The position numbers and the translations under genes were made by a program. A stretch of 64,000 nt of DNA from Azolla caroliniana (lineage: Eukaryota; Plantae; Polypodiophyta), in contig JBHGNT010000017.1 in NCBI GenBank assembly GCA_043228905.1, forward strand, positions 9,300,001 to 9,364,000, written 5' to 3'. The first letter of the stretch is position 1. Each line of letters opens with the position of its first letter. Of this stretch, positions 50,901 to 61,511 are shown in pieces. The notes under the pieces were generated by a model that was given only the letters and a program-made list of their open reading frames with translations, had not been told where the DNA came from and searched no databases.

Positions 50901-52850
50901 ACGCCACCTGGCCGATTTTGCGACAACACTACACGTGGCGGTGCATCGACTCCCCTTTCAATGGACTTCAATTGAGGACAAGGCTTACCAAGGATTGAAA
51001 TTAATGCTCTCGCATGCCCCAGTTGTACAGCCCCCGATATGGTCGGAACCTTTTCACGTCTTTGTGGACGCATCAGATATCGCCATCGGGAGCGCACTTA
51101 TGCAATGCACGCCCCCAAATTGGTATCGGCCGGTGTATTATATGCTAGCCGACGTCTCTCGGCCGCGGAAAAGAACTATTCAACCACAGAACGAGAGGCC
51201 CTCAGGATGATCTACAACATTAGTAAATTTCGGCATTACCTCTTAGGCTGAAAATTCACATTTCACGTCGATCACTCGACCCTCCTTTACCTGGTCAATA
51301 AACAAGCCCTGACAGGTCGACTGGCTCGATGGATGCTCCTATTGCAAGAGTTTGATTTTCATATAAAACATTGACCCGGAGTCCAACATGCCGTCATTAA
51401 CTACCTAAGCCGCCTCGAGTCAAGAGACCCTGCCGAGCCCACGTATGACGATTTACCCGATGCCGGCTTATTTCATCTCACAACGCTGCCAGATGACAAA
51501 GAAGATGAATGGATCACGGAGATGACCCATTTCCTTAGTACTGGCTTGCCTCTCGACCACATGGCCCTCGATGTACAGAAACGACTCGCAATACGTAGCT
51601 ACAACTTTTGTCTCATTTCCGACATCCTCTACCACAAAGGCTCAGACGGAATATGGCGTCGGGCCATTCGACAATTCGAGAAGAAGGCCATCCTCCAAGA
51701 AACCCACCTAGGAATCGCCGGCGGACACTACGCCGGAGATTCCATGGCAAGGAAAGTATGGCAGAGTGGGTTATGGTGGCCTACAACGAAAAAGGATGCC
51801 CACGAGTTTTGCCGATAGTGCGACTTGTGCCAACGGTTGGGCAAGCCGATGGAACAAGCTCGAATGCCGCACCAACCCATTCTTCCATTGGAACCATTTC
51901 AAAAATGGGGGTTAGATTTTGTGGGACCCTTCAAACCAGCCGCGGCCCAAACTGGTAATAAGTATATCATTGTGGCCACGGACTACTGCAATAATTGGGT
52001 CGAGGCAAAGGCTTTACGAGGCAACACGGTAGCATCCACGGCCAAATTCGTGTATGAACATCTTTGGTGCCATTATGGATGCCCAATTGAGCTCGTTAGT
52101 GACCAAGGTGGGCACTTTATAAACCATATAATACGCGAGTTGACGACACACTACGCGGTGGTACATAAGAAAAGTACACCATACTACCCACAGGCAAACG
52201 GATTGGCCGAATCGACTAACAAAATTCTCCAAACAATCCTGAAGAAGATTGTCAACGAGAACTGCACCGATTGGGATGACAAGCTCCAGAGTGCACTATG
52301 GGCTTATCGCACTACATTCAAAACGAGCATTCAATCCACCCCCTTTCGGATGGCTTTTGGTCTCGAAGCCGTTATGCCCATCAAGTTCCAAGTTCCGAGT
52401 CTCTGAGTTCAAGTTAAAGCACGTTGCTTTAGCTCCCCGAGGCCCAATCCGAACAATTGAGGCTGGAACAACTCCTCGAACTTGGCAAGGACCGAGTAGC
52501 GAGCATGGCCCAACTTGAATAGCGCCAACGACAACGGAAAACCTTTGTGGACCGACATCAGAAAGGATTGGAACAAGAATTGATCATAGGCAAACTAGTC
52601 CTTGTTTTCTAGACGCGACTCGGTACTATGCCAGGAAAGTTGTGATTTCGATGGACCGGGCCCTTCTAGATTATTGACAAGTTTAACGGCACGTTCCAGC
52701 TCGGCACCCTCGCCGGGGAAATTGTCAAAAGCTGGGTGAATGGATTCTGATTGCGACCGTACCAAGGAAATACCCCAGCCAACCCTTTCGCCGAGTCTCA
52801 CGGCACAGACAATACCACGAAGGAGGCCACGTGTCCCCCTCGGTAAGAAC
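48000..52850 (+). pseudogene. Gypsy gag-pol (gag, RT, RNase H, integrase) with many stops and frameshifts
   Basis: LLGRPWL, DVFAWSYTDMKG, FLDGFSGYNQI, FLDDF, VDASDIAIG, NYSTTEREAL, WGLDFVGP, SDQGGHF, YPQANGLAESTN. Confidence 0.9.
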
Positions 52851-53376
52851 CCACCAACATTCCAAAGTAGACATTAGGTAGGATTAGGCATAGTTTTAGC
52901 AATTAGTTAGTTCCACCTACACCACCTACCACATCACCCAAATCACGTCATGTTTAGAGGCACACATTAGTCACTTTCACATTCACTTAAGTATTTAAAG
53001 GTACATGCACATCACCTAAGGCAAAGCACTAACTCCCTAGGACACTTGACCATAATATCCTATTATGGCATCCACGCCCAAGAATCTCCAGGCTCCTCTT
53101 CATGCACAAAACCCTAGGCGTTCGCTAAAAAACAATTACCCCAAGCCCACCCCACACACAGACGTTTTCTTGCACACCTAGCTTTCATCGCTCCCACTCT
53201 CTCAAGCCTCCTCTCACTCTTAGCGTGTCCATCGCTCCCACCGCTCTTGCTCACAAGCCCTCGCTTGTCCTTGTAGCCCCTCTGCCGCACCACAACCATC
53301 TCCTTCCCTCACTCTGTCTTGGCTTGGTCGAATCCTCCTTCCCCAATCTTCCACACAGCAGAACCCCGAGTCCATT

Positions 53377-56300
53377 ATGCCTCTTGTAGCTTCACAGGAA
53401 ACCCGCTCCTGGCTTCAGGAACGAGGATTGGGTGGTTATTTAAAGGTGATCGATGCCCCTGCACACCCTGATGCCCAAGCGGTCGCACACCAAATTCACT
53501 CGGACACAGTCACCAACAATATGATTCATGTTGCCTTGGACCTGAAGCGAGGAGGTGATCATGAAGTCGAGATTCCCCCTTCCATGACCCTGAAGGAATA
53601 CTTTGGTGCGTATTCCATATCTGGTAAAGCCTATCGCACCTATGGTGGATCCAACAAGGCATTTGGAGAACTCGATCGCATCCTGATGGAGTACGCGTTT
53701 GTGCATACCAACCCTACAAGTATGCCATAGAGCAAAGCGGCGATCATTATCAGTGCCTACGAGGGAAACAAAATCGACTGGGGAATCATCAGAGGCGAAG
53801 GAATCCGTGCGGCGCTGGAATCCTTCCAAACTGGTAAGCGTTTGCTGCTTGTGATCAATCACTTCCTTATAGTCCCCTACCCACCTCCTTCGGTTTCCCC
53901 TTGTCGCATCCTGACCTCTCCACCTCCCTCAGGCGCTCGGAACCCCGCTTTCGCCTCGGCCCCACCCCCACCAAAAACACAAAAACAACGGGCGGTAACA
54001 ACAACCTGTGTCGAATGGGATGAGGCCGAGGAGGCCATCCCCGAGGATGTCACCATACACCAGCGGCCACCAAGGACATCAATGACCTCTCCACAACCGA
54101 GCCCACGGCCCACAAGCGAGCAGCCCTCGGCCATCCGGTAGCAAAAGAGGAAACAGGCCGAGGAGCCAACACCACCGGCCCCGGACACACAGGATTAGCC
54201 GTCAAAAAGACGTCACATCATTCAAGAGGCAACCACAGAAACCGAAGGTGACCAACGTAAGAAATCAAAAGAGGCCAGCCCCACCTCCACGGACATAGTA
54301 CCAGCGGAGTAATGGCTCCAAGTCGGTACGGTCGAGCATGGACAAACCACACAGATATCAGAGGAGGAAGTCCTTGGTTACAAATATCTCCTCGTGGAGG
54401 CATACGAGTTCAGTGCACTACTTCGACTGGGCACAACTTACGAGTTAATGGTTTTCCTCGCACGCGCCCAAGTACCTGCCGTCGCTTGTATGGCTGAGGA
54501 GCATGCCGAAACAAAGATGATTCAACGCACTCTAATGGGTGAAATCGAACCTCACGAGGATCGAGCCTTACAGAAGATAGGACGGAAGAAGCAAGTACAG
54601 AATGCTTCGCTCCTCATGGAACTACTGGATCTGAACATGGCCTTAGTCGAGGCATATCGCAATCTACACCACACTACTCGGGCAGCCAAGGACATGGCCC
54701 GACGGATCAAAATGGTGCATCAGCAAACCAAACGGGCTACCGACCTATGACAAGCCACCAAGGAGAAATTGGCGACATTCACGTAGCAACAACCACCCTT
54801 AATACTCCTTGCGCCGAGTGACGGTGTCTCACCAGCCACTCTTCCAAACCCGAGTCCATGATGTAGGTACTGTCGCACACAAAGACGACACTGCCCACCC
54901 TGAGGTAGCCACGACCGAGGCCAACACAATGACGGACTCAGTACAGACAAGTGAGCCATCGTCATGGGCAGATATCAGCCCACACCCCCAAACCAGCCAA
55001 GCCTCTACGCAAACGCCACCACCTCCGGTCGTCATGGAACGAGCAACACAGACAGACAGGGCGTCCTCGGCCAAAATCCGGCAAGCGGAAACCCAGACAA
55101 GGCCTCCCCTTAGGGACTATCAGGAGGAGCTTCAGGCCTAGATTGCTCTAGCCGAGTTGGCAGAATAGAACCACAACAACATTCTTGGCCAACAACGGGA
55201 ACAAGCCGCGAGCCACGAAGCGAACCTCAAGCGACTGCTTGTTGAAAGGTCGGCCGCGCTTGAAGCACGAGAATGAGAGGTGATGACCCTCCAGGTCTCT
55301 ATCATTGAGGCTAAAGAACGTTTCATAAAAGAAACTGAGTGGAATAGCCAACGGGAACAAGAGCTCTTTGTAGACAACCAGGAATTACGATGTCATCAAA
55401 GAGCCTTCCAGGACATGGCCAACGAACATATGCAAAAGTGGAGGATCTCGGAGGAGCAACGAGCAGAAATTTCCGATGCATATCACCAGTTGCAAACCGA
55501 GCACATCGCCGTCAAAGAACAACATCGAGACGCTTGGCGACAGGAAAGGGACGAAACTGTAGCTCAGCTCACCAACCGTTATGAACAAACCATCGCGCTC
55601 ATCACTGAAAAAGAAAAAGAAAATCAAGCTACTTTAGCACTCTTTACCCGCAAAAGCCAAGCCGAAGCCAAGGCCGCAAGGGAGGCACTGGAAGTTCACC
55701 GTGCGAGCATCGGCACGGACGATACCAAAATCAAGACCCTAATCCACAAGTATCGCCAACAATTCACTACGAAGATCAAAGAAACGCTTGACCATGTCTG
55801 GCAGGAGTGGTCAGTCCAAGCCGCAGACCTACACGTACTACATGCGGATGCCGAGAACTGACGGAAGGAGGGCCGAGGGTTTTACAAGATGGATGACACC
55901 AGCATCCAGACTCTCCGTGAAGACTTAACGGAAGAATATCATACCTTGGCAACATCCCACACCGCGGCCATCGAGCAACTCTTGGAGGAATTCAACGACG
56001 ATCTAATGATGTTTCGTTTAGAAGCCGAAGCGTATGAGGAAGAATGACTCGCTACCGGGAGTCACAGAGCTCCCACAACCACGGAGCAAGGAACCGAGTC
56101 ACTCCCCATGGCAGCTCAACCGGAACAATCGGCCCCTACCGACCTCCACATCCCAACTGAACCACTCACCATGGCAGTTAGACCAGAGGAACCTGCCCCT
56201 ACAGACCCCCACATTCCACCGGAGCCACAGATTATAACCCCGACCCCGTCTGAATCGGTCCCAATAGAGGAGGACACACATGATGACACCGCCATCCCCA

Positions 56301-56397
56301 ACTCGGCAAGACAACCTCCATCACAACCCCACCTGCCGAGCAGTCAGCCCAACCCCACACCCCTGAGGATATCCTCGGTATATTGGAAGAGGAATAA
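53377..56397 (+). pseudogene. Extra 3' sense ORF of the Tat-like Gypsy (globular N-terminus, Pro-rich linker, coiled coil), disrupted
   Basis: A chain of plus-strand ORF fragments lies between integrase and the 3' LTR. The C-terminus is homologous to ORF 58652-59284 of the second element. Confidence 0.7.
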
Positions 56398-57204
56398 AAC
56401 CAACCTATACGCACTTGTAGGAACGAGCAATTTTTGTAATTCGTGTTGTTTTGCCAAATCCATGGTAAACCGTGGGTGGGTCCAACGGACAAAGACCTGT
56501 CCCATGGGCATGCTAGGTGTTGTCCATAGGCCAAAAATATAAATTAGTTAAATGTAATACGCCGGTAGGTAAGGTAGAGTTAGGTGAACGCCGAGTTTCG
56601 AGCCTCATAGTCAGCCGACTGCTCGGCTCTGTATGAAGAAAAAGTATATTAACCGAGGTCTGCGTACCTTGGCAAGGGGGAGATATCTAGAGCCTAGGCG
56701 AGGTCGTTTCATAGATAAGAGCTTTGTAAGGTCACCGGCTGAGAGCCATGTTTTTTTTGTAATCATCGATAACTGTTTGCAGTAATACATATCTATTAGA
56801 CTCTTGTTGTTTTCATCTGTGTGCCGTCGTTTCTAAGGTCTCGATTATGTATACGACCCGGGCTCTATTCCGGGTAGGCTCTCTGTTTTCTTCCCCTAAC
56901 GACGCCTCCATGCACAAGTCTTCACGTTCACTTCCCTTGATACCGATAGCTTGTAGGCATATCGAAGGTGTTTCCAACAGAATGGTTAATAGAAACTGAA
57001 TTTGAGACACCTTCGGATATTTGGCAGCATAGCATATGTGCATGTACCAGATGAGAAGCAAAGGAAGCTTGATCCAATGTTGGAGAAGTGCATCCTGGTC
57101 GATTACTTGCATGAGCAGAAGGGGTATAAGTGCTATAACCCCCGGACGAAGCAGGCATGAGTAAGCCAAGATGTTGAGTTTGACGAGACGACATCATGGA
57201 GTAG

Positions 57205-58159
57205 TCCTTGGGGATACGCAGGTTCGTATCTTGCTCTATGCGGATGACATAGTTTTGCTCTCTGAATCCGAACACAACCTACAAAGGCACCTTAATGCCT
57301 TAGATGACTTTCATGCACAATGAGGATTGGTAGTGAATCTAGGGAAAACTAAAGTCCTTATCTTCCACACATAGGCCCAAGTTAGAGCTAAGTGTCACCT
57401 AACTATCTCCCATAGCCCAGTTGAGGTGGTTGGATCATACATCTATCTCGAAGTCACTTTCAATGCTCGGTCAGGTAAATTTTCGATGACACAGGCAACG
57501 AAGGATAGACTTACGAGAGGACATACATCCCTCTCACTCCTAGAGAGACAATGCCAGCAAGCATAGTTTCAAGAGCCACGGACTAAAGGGTGGCTCTTTG
57601 ACTCATTAGTGACCCCCTCCCTCATGTATGCATCAACGGTTTGGGCTCCAGGATTACCATCTTTCATGTGGGTGCAATTAGAGAGACCATTGGTGATGAT
57701 GTTATCACGCTAACTCCGAAGCAAATCGACACTACCACATGACATTATTAGGGTTGAGTTCACGTTACCCCCAATGTTAGTAGAGGCACTTTTCCAACTT
57801 GTATTCTTTCTTCATAGGATACATAGCCAACCACATGATAGAATATCTCATCAAGCCTTTAAGGCCTCTCAATCATTGTATGAGTCCGGCTATACTAGCT
57901 CATGGTATGGCATGATGGTGAGTTGACTTCTTGCGAATGGTCTAGACATTAATAACCTACCTCCCCTTAGGTACAACTACATGATTGATAACACTTTAAT
58001 CTCTCACGAGGACCGCAATAAAGTAATACGCCAAGACATATGGAAAATTTACACTTGGTATAAATGGATCACACCATGAGAGTCACTCCCATCTAAAATG
58101 TTGTACTATAAGGAACACTTCATGCACTTCTCTGAGACTTGAGTTAGGTTTTATCATGC
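57205..58159 (+). mobile_element. RTE-type LINE RT/3' fragment
   Basis: ILLYADDIVLLSESEHNLQRHLNALDDF..LVVNLGKTKV, with stops. Confidence 0.85.
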
Positions 58160-59284
58160 TGTTACCGATTAGGAACACTGTCTATGGTCAGTCCTTCGAC
58201 CTAGACTTCCAAGTGACTGTGTGCCAACGACTTCCAAGTGACTGTGTGCTTAGGGGGATACTTCCCGTAACCTAGCAGTGTATACGGGAGACGGCTACAA
58301 CCGAGCTCCTTAGACAGTGGGCTAGTGCGCACACCGCCACTCACTCCTACGCTCTTAAGAATTACAGACACACAGTAGATTAACCACATATGCATATAGA
58401 TATCAGAGAAGATAGAACTCTATTACGATACGTCTCTCATTCAAAATTACACACTACCTCTCTCAGAGGTTTTCTGCCCTTTATATATGTAGGGTCTTTT
58501 CGCTGTTCACGCTTCCCGTGTGAACCGTTACATGTGTTACAATATCAGATTCTTTCCATATTATTGTGCTCTTTGTCCGTCGGTTACTATTCCGGTGGAC
58601 AACACATGGCATGCTTGTGGGACAGTGCCATGGCACGTCGAACCCATCCCTTTAATCTTCTTCCAAAATGGCCTTGATGTTTGGTTCTGCTACGGTGTCC
58701 TTGTCCGGGGACAACAGAGGACCCGTAGGTGCGTCGTTGTGAGGTTCCCCTGTCTGGTTTGGAGAGCTTCTCCTGGTCTCGCGGTTGTCCTGTGTGGGTG
58801 GATCGGGTTTTGTGGGTTCTTCTTGGGCTAGGGGGTTCGATTCAGCCGTCCACGGGCTTGCGGTAGGTCGTGGTTCTGTTCCTTTCGTCACTTCCCCCGT
58901 GATGTCGGCCGCCGTTGTACGCTCTGGGGAGCAGGTTTGCGGGTCCCCTTGGTCCGAGACGTTCTCCATGTGGTCACCTGTAAGCGTATGCTCCGGTAGG
59001 TGGGGTTCCACTTGGGTGATGGTGTCGTTGTCTGGTATTGCGGGGGACTCCGCTCGCCGTTCCGTGCTGTTCACCGTAGTGGTAATTTCTGGTGACCTGG
59101 TCTGAGGTTCCTCTTGCTCGGCAGTATCCTGAATTGGTGTCGCGACAGATTCCTCGTTTGTTCGCATGCTGCTGGCTTGCGTGATCTGGGGAAACAGATC
59201 CTCCTGACTTTCGCCAAAATAATCTAGTAGCTGCGCGAGTTCTTCGGAATGTTGGTCCGCTAGCGTGTGATAGTCCTGCGCTAG
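58160..59284 (-). mobile_element. 3' end of a second Tat-like Gypsy (3' LTR 58160-58604 plus tail of extra ORF)
   Basis: The LTR starts TGTTGTCCA and ends GGTAACA, like the 47.5-57 kb element. ORF motifs QDYHTLA..LAQLLDYF and ..KAILEED* match EEYHTLA..IEQLLEEF and ..GILEEE*. Confidence 0.8.
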
Positions 59285-60179
59285 TGTTATGTACACATAA
59301 CGTTGGTGAGGGTAGGTCACTAATATTTACTTTAGTGAAGGGTATGTTCACTATTATTAAAAAGGGGACTAATGATTGGATAGAATGAATAATATGTGCA
59401 TGCACTATCATGATTTAGACAACCAATGAATAGAGAGCCTTTTAGAAAGGCACATCTATTCAAGGGGCCTAGGAAAAGGTATAAATATGAGGCTTAGCTA
59501 CCCTCATAGGGATCATCACGTCGGAAGGCTGCTATCGTAGACACCGGTGGTGCGGGCTAGGCTTTCGTCTCGACGATCGTGTTTATCTCTTCCAAGGTAT
59601 TAGTCATCCTAATATCCGGCGGTATGGGACGTCAGTGGTAGGTTGGCTATGTCTAGATCATAGCTCGGGGGTGGTCGGGTGGAACGGGTTCTTCTATCCA
59701 ATCTATTTTCTTCCTTATTACTTGATTTGGTCTATTGATTAGTAATAGACTCTTAACAGTGGTATCAGAGCTTTTACTAACAATTTTGTTGTTGTTTTGA
59801 TGTTTTTTGCGTGTGAGCGAGGGGGATCTAACAAGGCTCGTCATGCTCTTCTCAGGATCAAAACAACACTCTAAACCCGGTATTCTTCTTTTTTGATCTC
59901 TTCTCTTTTTCTATTATGCGTTCTTTATGGTCGAATCAAATTGGTATTACGTTTTATTCTCTTTCTTTCTACCTCCTACTACGCTACGATTTTACTTATT
60001 ATTATGCATCGGGCCGAGCGTGTTTGCACTAATCGCACACGCTCAACTCATGGCCTTTTGCATATTGCGATATATATCCCACTCTCTCCTCTCTTGAACT
60101 CTTACGATAATAATTATTCTTGTGCATTGGGTCGAGCGTGTTTGCTCTAATCGCACACGCTTATCTCATGGCCGTTTTG

Positions 60180-60530
60180 CATATGATGTTGAGTATACCA
60201 CTCTTCCCCTCTATTGAGCCATCACTTGGCCGATTCTAAGGGATGATGTGGCCTTGACGAGGTGTATGTTGCCTACCTATGCCACTCTACTCTCTATTAA
60301 GCCATCAATTGGCCGATTCTATGGGATGTTGTGGCCTTGACAAGGTATATGTAGCTTACATATGCCACTTTCCTTTTTAATTAGCCATCAATTGGCCGAT
60401 TCTAAGGGATGATGTGGCCTTGACGAGGTATATGTCACTTACCTATGCCACTTTCCTCTTTAATTAGCCATTACTTGGCCGATTCTAGGGATATGTGGTG
60501 GTCTTGAGGAGGTGCATGTCAACTACCCTA
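60180..60530. repeat. ~85-bp tandem repeats in the Gypsy leader
   Basis: AGCCATCA(A/C)TTGGCCGATTCTA.GGGATG.TGTGGCCTTGAC, 4 copies. A further duplication lies at 60010-60180. Confidence 0.85.
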
Positions 60531-61511
60531 GGGTTTCGTATCTTAGGGCATGTTTGATTCCATACACCTAATTGTTGATTATTCTAATTAAATCTTAATT
60601 TCATAAGTATTGTTTCACTTATATGATTTTCTAGTAATTATTATTTACCCGCCCACAATTAACTCTCCTTTTTCCACTTCCTTTTCATGTATAAAGTATT
60701 TACATCGTTTATTTTTAATGTAACCTTTACGAGTAGACTATTTTTTTCGTATGGAGTGGCTTGTTGAACGATTTTTTTTCAACGGGTCATCTAGGTTTAA
60801 CTCTTATCATCAAGCCTTAGAAAACGAGTAAAACCATATGAGTTCCCTTATTGATGTTTTACTCATGGATTTGAGTATTACATCTTTGCGCACAACACCG
60901 TCATCACTTGTATCAATTTGTGGCTTATGTCACAATTGTGCAAGTTATAACAATCATATTGGGATGTATATGTGCATACCTTGCACTTCCCATTTATTTG
61001 TGACATTGTTTTTTTCGTAGGTAACACATGGGTTCTTTTTTTTACCCTTGTTTTCGTCACTACTTAACTCTTATGAGTAGTGCCTTATTTTATCATTTTA
61101 TCATCACGTTTGCTTATTGCTCGCAAGACTAGAATATTACTTGTGAGTGCACTTGTTTTTTCACGTAATACACTTTCTCGACCATATAATACATGATGGG
61201 TTGGCATTAATATAAGGCTATCTAGGAAATTTCATTGATGTAAGAACCATGGTTGAGCCTCAGGGAGCCGCCATGATTACTCAAGATAGAGATCCGAGAA
61301 ATACATCTTAGCTATGTTTTCCCCCATGGTTTTTAAAACACCATAGTGTTACCATAGTTATCGGATCTCGAATCACATCTCATATGTCTAGAGGGGTAAA
61401 GACATGAGATACTTTCTTGGATAAAGTTCTTTCAATCAAAATTTCAAGCATTCATTTTGCTTGTGTATTTTCTGAACCTCCTTATTTTATTACATACCCA
61501 CAGCGTGCATC

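Larger units (their letters stand above)
47489..56991 (+). mobile_element. Full-length, decayed non-chromovirus Gypsy (Tat/Athila-like) element
   Basis: LTRs 47489-47974 and 56518-56991; TSD GAAAC; PBS TGGCACGCCC at 47980. Outer TG and CA are both mutated to TA. Confidence 0.93.
38753..57200 (+). mobile_element. Old Copia element A, carrying three nested insertions and truncated before RT
   Basis: LTR 38753-39179; PBS TGGTATCAGAGC 39180-39191. Coding pieces: gag/protease 39277-40535, GAG-pre-integrase/integrase 45975-46518, 47242-47488, SH3 56997-57200. Frames rejoin across each TSD. Confidence 0.85.
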
